A stretch of DNA of 64,000 nt from a virus. Its lineage: Duplodnaviria > Caudoviricetes. The stretch is taken from the IMG/VR virus record IMGVR_UViG_3300032007_000010; one strand, written 5' to 3'. The position numbers were made by a program, and so were the translations under genes. Under the pieces are notes generated by a model. It was not told the DNA's origin. It ran no database searches and saw nothing but the letters and a program-made list of their open reading frames with translations. Numbering within the stretch: the stretch's first letter is position 1; each line of letters opens with the position of its first letter. Shown here in pieces: positions 28,332-37,013 of the stretch.

Positions 28332-29294
28332 ATGGAGATATTAAGCGACAACAAGACCTGCAAGGTGACAGTCTGGGATAAATTCTCTACCTGGATCTAC
28401 ACCAGTCGCGGCTGTCGATTCAGAAGAACCGGGTCGTGCATCATGTGTAACTATGGCGAAGGTGAAACCCTGCGGCCATTGGAGGCATATCGCACCACAC
28501 GGCGCAACGTGAAGTCCCTTGATGGTAAGGTGACCGCCGTTCTCATTGGATCCTACGGAAGCATCCTGGATCCATACGAGGTGCCGACAATATGCCTGAG
28601 GGCAATCTGTCTGGCCCTGGCAAAAAGCCACATTCCGACGATCATCTTTGAGACCCACTACACAACCATCACCGACAAGATTCTTCGTAACCTCAAGCGC
28701 TGGCTTCCCGGCAAGGACATTGTCATTGAAATGGGCTTCGAGTCCGCGTCGGAACGTTCGAGGAAGACCATACGAAAATCCATCGATGATTTTGGGCTGT
28801 TCCGTCGAATGGAAATGATTCATGACCACGGAATGGAGGTCATCCTCAACGTGCTTGTTGGCATTCCCAAACTTACTCCGAGCGAGCAGCTGACCGATGC
28901 GGTGATGTCCGTCAAGACGGCCTTCTTCCGTGGTGCAGACGAGGTCACCCTGTTCCCGATGAACATTAAACCGTTCACGGAACTGACCACAAAATACCTG
29001 CATCATATGTATTCGCCGCCTTCCAGCTGGATACTCATCGAGGTGCTGAATAGGCTGGAGCCTCGATTGCTGGGACGCGTGTCGTTTTCCTGGTACGGTG
29101 ACCGTCAGTACCACGGTGAATGTACCGATGTCATACCGCCGAGAACCTGTCTTGTGTGCAAAACCCCGCTCCATGAGTTCTTTACGGAATGGAACAGCCA
29201 CCGGGACCAGAAATATAGAGAGACCTTGCTCGAATCCATCAACCACACATGCTCCTGTAAGTGCCGTTTACTTTATGAGGAGGAACCATCATGA
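28332..29294 (+). CDS. Radical SAM enzyme, TIGR01210/RaSEA-like
   Basis: SRGC-x7-C-x2-C cluster motif, GSILD..EVP, IFET, IEMGFES. Confidence 0.75.
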   Translation: MEILSDNKTCKVTVWDKFSTWIYTSRGCRFRRTGSCIMCNYGEGETLRPLEAYRTTRRNVKSLDGKVTAVLIGSYGSILDPYEVPTICLRAICLALAKSHIPTIIFETHYTTITDKILRNLKRWLPGKDIVIEMGFESASERSRKTIRKSIDDFGLFRRMEMIHDHGMEVILNVLVGIPKLTPSEQLTDAVMSVKTAFFRGADEVTLFPMNIKPFTELTTKYLHHMYSPPSSWILIEVLNRLEPRLLGRVSFSWYGDRQYHGECTDVIPPRTCLVCKTPLHEFFTEWNSHRDQKYRETLLESINHTCSCKCRLLYEEEPS

Positions 29295-29800
29295 TCATCA
29301 TTGGATACCAGGGCATCGGCAAGTCTACGCTCGCCGAGCAATACTACAACTATCTCGACCTCGAGTCCACCAACACCTGGTTCGAGGAGAACGGTGTGCG
29401 CAAACGCTGGCCGAACTGGGAAGAGATCTACGTCAACTTCGCCGTGGATCTGTCCACAACCCAGCATTATACGGTGTTTACCTCCAGCCATGCCGGCGTT
29501 CGCCGCGAGCTTCTTTGTCATAGGGAAGAAACACCAATCGCCATGTGCTGCCCGAGGCCAGAACTCAAGGAGCCGTGGATTGAACGACTCAGGGATCGCT
29601 ACGGCGAGTCTGGCAAAGACAAGGATTATCGGGCCCTCATGAACGCAGTTGCCCGTTACGAGGAGAATATCTCCGAGTTGGCGAACTCCGGGTTCCCGGT
29701 CATCTGGATCGAATCCATGAATTATGATCTGGCAAAGGTGATTGAAGACGGCGCCAACCGGATATGGCCGCCGCGGACGCCCATGGAGGTGATCCGATGA
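29291..29800 (+). CDS. P-loop nucleotide kinase-like protein
   Basis: GYQGIGKST Walker A. Confidence 0.7.
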   Translation: MIIIGYQGIGKSTLAEQYYNYLDLESTNTWFEENGVRKRWPNWEEIYVNFAVDLSTTQHYTVFTSSHAGVRRELLCHREETPIAMCCPRPELKEPWIERLRDRYGESGKDKDYRALMNAVARYEENISELANSGFPVIWIESMNYDLAKVIEDGANRIWPPRTPMEVIR

Positions 29801-30345
29801 CATCCGATACCATGAATCAGGCTGTACGCCTCGCCTGGGCAGGCTACGGCATTTTCATCGATGAGGAGTCGCCGTATACAGATCCGCCATACATTAAGTT
29901 TTCTGTTCCGGAACATAGTTTCCATCGCAATGCCAACGGTGTCGAAATGGCCGGCGACTTTCTGGCAAAGCGGATCAAGGATACGGCCATCGAGTCCGGA
30001 TTTCCGGCAAATACCAAGTTCATGTACAAGATTCGCCATTGGGACAACTGGACGGAGGGCAACAAGAACCAGGCCCAGATTGCCATGCGTGCGTGCTTCC
30101 AGTCCAGAGACTCACGGCCGTTTGATCTATTCCGACGGTATCATGACAAAGAATGGTCGTCTCCAACCTCTGAGGGCAGCCGCATATATGAGTACCATGC
30201 GGAGCATGCCACCGGCAATTCTTCGAATAGTTATACCGCGGACGATCTTCGCCGCATGTTCAACGAGAAACTCCATGCGAACGAATCACATACGAATGCT
30301 GCCGCAATTCTGGATGTTACAAACTACGCGGAGGATCATGGATGA
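29797..30345 (+). CDS. Hypothetical protein
   Basis: GGAGGTG RBS; ATGA overlap. Confidence 0.55.
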   Translation: MTSDTMNQAVRLAWAGYGIFIDEESPYTDPPYIKFSVPEHSFHRNANGVEMAGDFLAKRIKDTAIESGFPANTKFMYKIRHWDNWTEGNKNQAQIAMRACFQSRDSRPFDLFRRYHDKEWSSPTSEGSRIYEYHAEHATGNSSNSYTADDLRRMFNEKLHANESHTNAAAILDVTNYAEDHG

Positions 30346-30866
30346 ATGCTATTGTGCTATGTGATGCCAAGAATGGCATTGCCAAGAACGGTGATCAGCC
30401 AATTCACATACCAAACGATATGAAACGACTTCGCGCTCTGATAAAGGATCACACCGTTGTCATGGGTCGCAAAACTGCGGAGATCATCGGAAAACCCCTC
30501 AAAGAATGCACAAACATCATAATCACCAACAATCCGGAGAATATTGGTCCACAGTTCGCCGATTGCCAATGCATGACACTGCGCAAACTCCTCGACGATT
30601 GGTACCAATATAACCAGGAGCCGAATTCGTGCTGGCTCCTCGGTGGCGGCATTCTATACCGTGCCCTGATCTCGCACTGTGATCGCATATATCTGACCAG
30701 AGTTGATGAGGATTTTGATTGTGATCAATACTTTCCGCGAATATCATGGCTTCACTGGAGTCTCGAGATGGAGGGACATCCGATGATCTATGTTGATGCG
30801 GATGGTGTGGAGCATGTGTATCACTTCGACATCTATCGAAGGAGAGGAGTTCCGAGTTTCAGATGA
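30342..30866 (+). CDS. folA: Dihydrofolate reductase
   Basis: GI.KNG..P, D.K, VVMGRKT, LGGG..Y, YLTRV, CDQYFP. Confidence 0.92.
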   Translation: MNAIVLCDAKNGIAKNGDQPIHIPNDMKRLRALIKDHTVVMGRKTAEIIGKPLKECTNIIITNNPENIGPQFADCQCMTLRKLLDDWYQYNQEPNSCWLLGGGILYRALISHCDRIYLTRVDEDFDCDQYFPRISWLHWSLEMEGHPMIYVDADGVEHVYHFDIYRRRGVPSFR

Positions 30867-31501
30867 TAAGCCAAGATGATAAACGCTGGTGCGATGATCT
30901 CATCGCTCGGGTGCTCAGCGAAGCAGACAAAAATGCCACCAGAATAGATGGCTATGACATGTCCGTGGATATTGCGGCCGAATGCTATTTTAGAGCATTG
31001 TCTGAGGTAACCACACCAAATCCAAATACCACGGATGAGGAACTGCGCATTATCGTGGAACATGCGATGGATCGAGCCCTCGAGTACTGGGACAGCATCT
31101 GTGCAACGCTGGACGCAACCTACGACGGCCTCAACTGCCAGCGCTGCGGTCTGATTGTCACCATGCTCATGATCGCCATGGGAACACCGCAAGTTCCCCA
31201 CAATCGCGCACTCAGAGACTATCTCATCGGGGATGGAGCAAAGAAATATGAATCCCGTTTCATCACCGACATCAATCCGGGCGATGAGACACTCACCGAC
31301 GAAGAGATCGATGAACTGACGAAGGACATTGATCAGAACCTTCTCGCCGAGTTTTTTGAGTGCTTTGCCGAACTGCGCATGTTCCACAGCAATGCGAAGG
31401 ATTATGGAGACGACAAGGAATCCGTGGAAAAACGACGCAAACTCCTTGCGATCTATGACAAAATTCTCAGGTCCAATAATACGGATAAAGCGAAAAATTG
31501 A
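30863..31501 (+). CDS. Hypothetical protein
   Basis: ORF in operon. Confidence 0.55.
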   Translation: MISQDDKRWCDDLIARVLSEADKNATRIDGYDMSVDIAAECYFRALSEVTTPNPNTTDEELRIIVEHAMDRALEYWDSICATLDATYDGLNCQRCGLIVTMLMIAMGTPQVPHNRALRDYLIGDGAKKYESRFITDINPGDETLTDEEIDELTKDIDQNLLAEFFECFAELRMFHSNAKDYGDDKESVEKRRKLLAIYDKILRSNNTDKAKN

Positions 31502-31502
31502 A

Positions 31503-31513
31503 TATATATCATA
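31503..31513 (+). promoter_or_regulatory. Early-type promoter motif TATATATCATA
   Basis: Recurrent motif; followed by a 13-bp hairpin. Confidence 0.55.
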
Positions 31514-31576
31514 GATTCGACGAGGGAGATTTGACTCCCTCGTCGAAATTTTGACATATGAAAGGGGCAACCATCA

Positions 31577-32851
31577 ATGAAAAGCATTTCGCAGGGGGAC
31601 ATTTTCTTGACAAAATCACCCATCCAATCCGAAGACATGGCCATCACCAAAGCATTGAACAGCGCGCTCATGCTCATCGGCTCTCGTCCCGTGCTCATTG
31701 TGCGTCCGCCTATGAGCTGGGATAGTTTCAGCACCGTTACCGTGATTCCCGCCTACAACAACACAAACCCATCCATCTGTGTTGATCAAGAGGATAACTA
31801 TGGTGCAGTTACCACCACCTTTAGCCTGGTCCCTCACATCATTCAAACCATACCGGTTGTCCTGCTTTCGCGTCATCTCGGACACCTTGACTATTCGGAG
31901 ATGCACGAGATTGTCAAGACCATTCACTGGCTCACGGGCGATGATGCATACCGAAATAACGAGGGACATCCAATTCCAGAATGCCTGTCGCCAAAGGTTG
32001 TCGACAAAATCACTCCGTCGAGACGATCCTATGCCACGGTTCTCATCGATTCCGATGGCCGCATCAGCTTTTCGGAGGATCAACCGGCCAGGAAGAGCAC
32101 AACATCGACGAAACCTTCGAATGTCGCAAAGCCAACCGCGACAAAGGATGAAATACCGGTACCCCAGACCAAAAACCCGGAGCAAACCGCCGCGAAGCAT
32201 AACACGAAGCATAACACATTGTTCCCCCAATCAATATTTGCGCGCGAGGATCTTTGTGAGGTGGCAGACCGGTTCACCATAGCCCCGGAATTCTATGAGG
32301 ATGCCGGCGATAAGCTCAAACGACCGATCGAGCTTCTCGAGGACAATGAGATCCAGCGCATCTGCGAGGAACTCAACCCGATGTCCATGAGATGTGTGCT
32401 CGATGTCTACGGGAGGATGCATTCTGTCGATGCTCTGATCTTTGGCCCACTTCTGCCCACGACCGTGCTGGCAAGGCTCTGCTTCCTCAATCACCAAGAA
32501 ACAATCGCACTCAAGAAGATCTGCTCCAAGCTCAAGATTCTCAGCGATGAGGAAATTGAGGCTCGCAAGCTCCGCATGATCAAGCTCCCGGAACTTCCCG
32601 AAGAGCCGGTTCAGGTCGAATCGGAGGCACCGGTCGATCCATATGCACCCTATACTGATCCCAATGAAATTAAATCGGCACTGTTGAGGCTTCGTCCCTA
32701 TCTGAGCGAGGCCGGAATGCGGCAGCTTCCCGCGAAGCTCTACGGAGACTTCATCAGAGTCCCGGAGCACTATCTGCGCCGAGCATATTCTGGCAAATGT
32801 TTTGCGAAAAACTACGAGCATCGCTGCCAGATTATTCGTGATCGTATCTGA
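31577..32851 (+). CDS. PemK/MazF-like N-terminal domain fused to a long C-terminal region
   Basis: QGDIFL...GSRPVLIV...TVTVIP...IQTI...LG.L...M..I pattern. Confidence 0.65.
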   Translation: MKSISQGDIFLTKSPIQSEDMAITKALNSALMLIGSRPVLIVRPPMSWDSFSTVTVIPAYNNTNPSICVDQEDNYGAVTTTFSLVPHIIQTIPVVLLSRHLGHLDYSEMHEIVKTIHWLTGDDAYRNNEGHPIPECLSPKVVDKITPSRRSYATVLIDSDGRISFSEDQPARKSTTSTKPSNVAKPTATKDEIPVPQTKNPEQTAAKHNTKHNTLFPQSIFAREDLCEVADRFTIAPEFYEDAGDKLKRPIELLEDNEIQRICEELNPMSMRCVLDVYGRMHSVDALIFGPLLPTTVLARLCFLNHQETIALKKICSKLKILSDEEIEARKLRMIKLPELPEEPVQVESEAPVDPYAPYTDPNEIKSALLRLRPYLSEAGMRQLPAKLYGDFIRVPEHYLRRAYSGKCFAKNYEHRCQIIRDRI

Positions 32852-32913
32852 TATGATGAGACGGGACCCGATGTGGTCCCGTCTCTTTTTCTGATTCCAT
32901 GGATGCGATGGAT

Positions 32914-32924
32914 CATATACTATA
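32914..32924 (+). promoter_or_regulatory. Early-type promoter motif CATATACTATA
   Basis: Variant of recurrent motif, after a terminator. Confidence 0.5.
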
Positions 32925-32965
32925 GAACTGAAGAGAATAAAATATTGAACGGAGGTACAACACAG

Positions 32966-33526
32966 ATGAATCAAATGCTCTTCAGTCTCAATGCGGAGGC
33001 CATCCGTGATGAAAAATCGAAGGATGGGTTTGTTCCCGGGCGCATCGACAGCACGCTCATGCCCGTCGATATCTATGACGGTTCGATGTATCACATTCGC
33101 GGCAAATATGCGGTCGCACACTCTCCGGCGAACCTCGAACATTTCGGTGGGAAAGGTTGCTGCATCACGGTCATCTCCGGCAATGGGATCAACGGACTCA
33201 TGCCGCTCCCGCTGCTCATCACCGACGAATATTTTGCTCATCTCAGCACCAATGCTCAGCGCTATCTGATATGTCATGAATTCGGCCATCTCGTTAATGG
33301 TCATCTCGATGACATCATCAAGGCCGTGCGCGAGGGTCGCATCATCAAGTTTGCTCCGGTGAGATCCTTTCGCGAAGAATGTGAAGCTGACATGAACGCG
33401 GTGCGTCTCCTCGGCAAGGATAACACACTCGCCGCCATGCGAGAATGCATCGCTATCTTCGAAGACGTTGCGAACGTCAAGGAGATGGGGGAACGTGCTG
33501 AGTATGTCAAATACAATGCACGCTGA
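32966..33526 (+). CDS. HEXXH metallopeptidase-like protein (M48/ImmA-like)
   Basis: CHEFGH...EECEAD..A. Confidence 0.65.
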   Translation: MNQMLFSLNAEAIRDEKSKDGFVPGRIDSTLMPVDIYDGSMYHIRGKYAVAHSPANLEHFGGKGCCITVISGNGINGLMPLPLLITDEYFAHLSTNAQRYLICHEFGHLVNGHLDDIIKAVREGRIIKFAPVRSFREECEADMNAVRLLGKDNTLAAMRECIAIFEDVANVKEMGERAEYVKYNAR

Positions 33527-33603
33527 GAAAAGCCTCTCGGGGCTTTTCTTTTTGAGTCCATTCGCTACAGCACTATATAAATGATTGAAATGGAGCATCA
33601 CCC

Positions 33604-34791
33604 ATGAGAGATTACAAGATATTTGTCTCCATCGCAGATATTCACATCGGAAGGAGAACCATCACCGCGAAGGAGATGAAGCGACAGCTCAAGACCCAGT
33701 TCTTTGATGTGATCAATCGATTCTCGAGGCTCGACGGAATCTTCGTGCTCGGAGATACATCGCACTGCATTCTTTCGTTGAACTCCGACTATTCCAACGT
33801 CTACCTCTGGTTCTTTGATCAGCTCTACAAAACTGCGAAGAAGAAGAATGCGACGGTCGTCGTGGTCAAGGGAACTCCGGCCCACGAGAATGATCAGCTG
33901 TCGAATGTTCATCATTATATCAACAACGACGACGGGGTGGACTTCCGCATCTACGAGACCTACGAAGAAACCACGATCTGGGATGACTATAAAGTTCTGA
34001 TACTCCCCGATGTGCACGTGAAGAACACGTCGGAGATAACAAAGTATCTAACCAAGGACAAGCACTATGATTTGATCCTTGGTCATGGTCTTACCTCGTC
34101 GATGAAGTTCTTCGTGCAGGAATCCGAATCCATGCCCATGAAGACCTACGAGTATGAGGTGAAGGATCTCTGCGACTCCTGCAAGGGTCCGGTGATGTTT
34201 GGCCACATTCATCAGCACCAGATCTTCCGAAAACAGTTTTACTATGTTGGGAACTTCACGGTGCTCGAACGCGGCATCAACGATGGTGGATATCTGGTCG
34301 GTGGAATCTGCGACAGTGATCGGAGCAAATGGAAACTGGAGCGATATATCAATCCAGAATCGGCGACATACCATGAGTTCAAGGTCGGACGATCCATTCT
34401 CTCCAACTATTCCATCGATGAGATCATCGATGCCATCGACGAACTCCTCGAAGGCACAAAACCCAACGATCTCATCACACTGCGCATCACACGAGGGGAT
34501 GCCCTCGAAGAATCGGATAAGGTATACATGCTCGAAGCTCGCTATCGCAAGGATCATCGCATATCCATCGTCAAAAAGGTGAAAACCAAGAAGGAGGAAG
34601 AGCATGAGGAGGAGAACAAGGCTCGTCACGATAAGTATGCCTATACTATGGATCGTAACCTTGATATGTCTGAGATCCTATATCGCTACTACGAGACGGA
34701 CATCCTACCAACGCTGGCTGAGGAATACAATAAGTCCCGTAAACTTACGTTAGAAGATTTCAGAAGGGTGCTAAAGGAGGACAAATCATGA
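33604..34791 (+). CDS. SbcD/Mre11-like metallophosphoesterase nuclease
   Basis: ADIHIG, LGD, KGT..HE, GH, FGHIH motifs. Confidence 0.85.
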   Translation: MRDYKIFVSIADIHIGRRTITAKEMKRQLKTQFFDVINRFSRLDGIFVLGDTSHCILSLNSDYSNVYLWFFDQLYKTAKKKNATVVVVKGTPAHENDQLSNVHHYINNDDGVDFRIYETYEETTIWDDYKVLILPDVHVKNTSEITKYLTKDKHYDLILGHGLTSSMKFFVQESESMPMKTYEYEVKDLCDSCKGPVMFGHIHQHQIFRKQFYYVGNFTVLERGINDGGYLVGGICDSDRSKWKLERYINPESATYHEFKVGRSILSNYSIDEIIDAIDELLEGTKPNDLITLRITRGDALEESDKVYMLEARYRKDHRISIVKKVKTKKEEEHEEENKARHDKYAYTMDRNLDMSEILYRYYETDILPTLAEEYNKSRKLTLEDFRRVLKEDKS

Positions 34792-35003
34792 GCATCTGGT
34801 CCAATCTGTTTGGAAAGGATCGGATCGAGCCGGTTATTCCACAGAGAAAACCGATGACGATCCCACCGGAGCCCGAGCAACCAGCCGTCGATGCTGACTA
34901 TATTCCTATCAGTGATGATATCTATGTGAGTGAGGATGGTAACAAAGTATTCTATCGCAGCAGAAACGGCACATTTATCATGATCGGAGATCTACAATCA
35001 TGA
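34788..35003 (+). CDS. Small hypothetical protein
   Basis: AGGAGG RBS; ATGA overlaps on both sides. Confidence 0.55.
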   Translation: MSIWSNLFGKDRIEPVIPQRKPMTIPPEPEQPAVDADYIPISDDIYVSEDGNKVFYRSRNGTFIMIGDLQS

Positions 35004-35422
35004 AGACAATAGATCGTTTCAGGGGGAAGTATTATTTTCTTTCCAACTTCTACGGAGCACCTGTGATGTATGGCGGCATCGAATATCGCAATAACGAGGC
35101 TGCTTTTCAGGCTCAAAAAGATCCGGATAGAGCCGTGGAGTTTGCGTTGCTCCAGCCGAATGAGGCTAAGCGTCGTGGACGCCATGTCAATCTTCGCAAG
35201 GATTGGGAAAATGTCAAGGACGACATCATGTACGCCATTGTCTTCGATAAGTTCAATCGTAATCCAGAGCTTCGTGAGGCTCTCCTTGCAACCGAAGACG
35301 CCGAGCTCATCGAAGGTAACGATTGGGGTGATACCTACTGGGGTGTATGTGAAGGCAGGGGAAAGAATCACCTCGGCAGAATTCTCATGCGCGTGCGCGA
35401 TGAACTAAGAGACGATAAATGA
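35000..35422 (+). CDS. NADAR (YbiA-like) ADP-ribosylhydrolase/N-glycosidase
   Basis: FLSNFY, E.AFQA.K, KF..N..L...LL.T, E.N..GD.YWG, G.N.LG.ILM. Confidence 0.92.
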   Translation: MKTIDRFRGKYYFLSNFYGAPVMYGGIEYRNNEAAFQAQKDPDRAVEFALLQPNEAKRRGRHVNLRKDWENVKDDIMYAIVFDKFNRNPELREALLATEDAELIEGNDWGDTYWGVCEGRGKNHLGRILMRVRDELRDDK

Positions 35423-35424
35423 GC

Positions 35425-35435
35425 TATATACTATA
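35425..35435 (+). promoter_or_regulatory. Early-type promoter motif TATATACTATA
   Basis: Exact recurrent motif. Confidence 0.6.
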
Positions 35436-35470
35436 TGAGTGAAACCAAAATAAGAAGGAGGATTCACTCA

Positions 35471-35812
35471 ATGAACAACAAAGAACTGATGAACAATTTG
35501 CACTATGCGGCGGATAACTTCGGCCTGCTTGCGAACACCGCCGTGAGCTCCGCGAGCAAGGTCATCAAGCGCAATGCACGTCCCATGCTCGCCACCGCCG
35601 GACGCTTCGTCGATAACGGCATGGAAACCTTCCTGGGTATCAAGACGGGTGTCATCTCCAAGCCGGATCGCACGGTGGTACGCATCAAGAGCGTCACGAA
35701 GGGAAAAGGCGTCAAGGTCGGCAGCAAGCATGCCAAGGGCGTCAAGGCGCATATGGATATTGTGTATGCAGAGGACGCGGTTGACGTGAAAAATCACGCG
35801 GAAAACAGCTGA
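35471..35812 (+). CDS. Basic hypothetical protein
   Basis: AAGGAGG RBS. Confidence 0.6.
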   Translation: MNNKELMNNLHYAADNFGLLANTAVSSASKVIKRNARPMLATAGRFVDNGMETFLGIKTGVISKPDRTVVRIKSVTKGKGVKVGSKHAKGVKAHMDIVYAEDAVDVKNHAENS

Positions 35813-35846
35813 ACCTAGATTGGTTCAGTTGTTTTGGAGGTTTGAC

Positions 35847-36026
35847 ATGGCAATCAAAACATGGATAGCTACGGCAGAGGTGAATATGGACGCATCACGC
35901 CATGATACGGTGATCGTGAAAGCTAACACGGAGCGTAAGGCGAGGATCGTGGCAGAGGAAGCGTTCGCTAAGAAAGGTTACTTCTTTGTGACCAATCTAG
36001 TTTTGGAAAGAAAGGATGACGAATAG
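35847..36026 (+). CDS. Small hypothetical protein
   Basis: GGAGG RBS. Confidence 0.5.
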   Translation: MAIKTWIATAEVNMDASRHDTVIVKANTERKARIVAEEAFAKKGYFFVTNLVLERKDDE

Positions 36027-36421
36027 TGTCAAGTTCGGTAAATAATCTATGCCGGCCCAAGATAGACGAGATTCGCATCATGCTAACCAAACCGAACGCC
36101 AAGCAAATACATTTCTATGAGTACGATCCCAAGAATCTCGATGAGATAGGACTCGTCAAACATTCCTGGTACGACACACTCGATGCCATAAACATTGGTG
36201 TTCATGAGATTCACACAACCCAGATGGGACTCATGGACGTGAATCTTTGGCGCAAAGGTTATCGAATCTTTGTGCATAGTAAAATCAATGGCGAAACGCT
36301 GACCAATGAGTTGGTATATGGATCCCACAATGACATATTTGGCCGCACTCTGAACTTCCGCGCCAGACTATTTATGACCTGGGTTCAATGGTCTGCGATG
36401 CAATTTAGAAGGGAGCTTTGA
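36026..36421 (+). CDS. Hypothetical protein
   Basis: ORF in operon. Confidence 0.5.
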   Translation: MSSSVNNLCRPKIDEIRIMLTKPNAKQIHFYEYDPKNLDEIGLVKHSWYDTLDAINIGVHEIHTTQMGLMDVNLWRKGYRIFVHSKINGETLTNELVYGSHNDIFGRTLNFRARLFMTWVQWSAMQFRREL

Positions 36422-36423
36422 TC

Positions 36424-36930
36424 ATGGAGCTTGGTATGAATGGACACCACTGTGCACTCATATGGGAGCCGGCCTTTGGAGGACGCATTGTCACTCCGGG
36501 CGACAGCCTTCCTGACTGCATCGAGCGTGCGCGCAATAGACATGGGATTAGTTTCGTGGAGCGCAATCAGGAATCCGATCGCTTCAGCACAAATGCCAGG
36601 CTCGTGTTGGAACACATCGGTTCAGCATCGAATTCCGTCGCTCCGGGCAAACAGATCCAGGATCGCATTGATGTCACGGCAGATGCTGTGCAGTCGGTCA
36701 AAGACGAAGATTTTCCGAAGCTCGGAAAATGGCTCGAAACTCTGGAGCCGGGAAACCTGGTTCACATCTATTACTTCGACAAGAAAGTCGGCTTTGATGG
36801 CATCTATGGCACACCGTCACAATGTCTTGTAAATGTCAAGTTTCGCAAACTTGACAACTGGCACATTGCGCACGTGTATCGAGACCAGTCATCGCCGTGG
36901 CTGCTCGCATGTGAAGTGGTGCGAGAATGA
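36424..36930 (+). CDS. Hypothetical protein
   Basis: ORF followed by terminator hairpin 36931-36959. Confidence 0.55.
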   Translation: MELGMNGHHCALIWEPAFGGRIVTPGDSLPDCIERARNRHGISFVERNQESDRFSTNARLVLEHIGSASNSVAPGKQIQDRIDVTADAVQSVKDEDFPKLGKWLETLEPGNLVHIYYFDKKVGFDGIYGTPSQCLVNVKFRKLDNWHIAHVYRDQSSPWLLACEVVRE

Positions 36931-37013
36931 GAAAGGGCCCGTATGGGCCTTTTCTTTTTCCACCCAGATCAGTACAAGACTATACTTAGGAACTCTGAAA
37001 TCGGGGTGAATGA

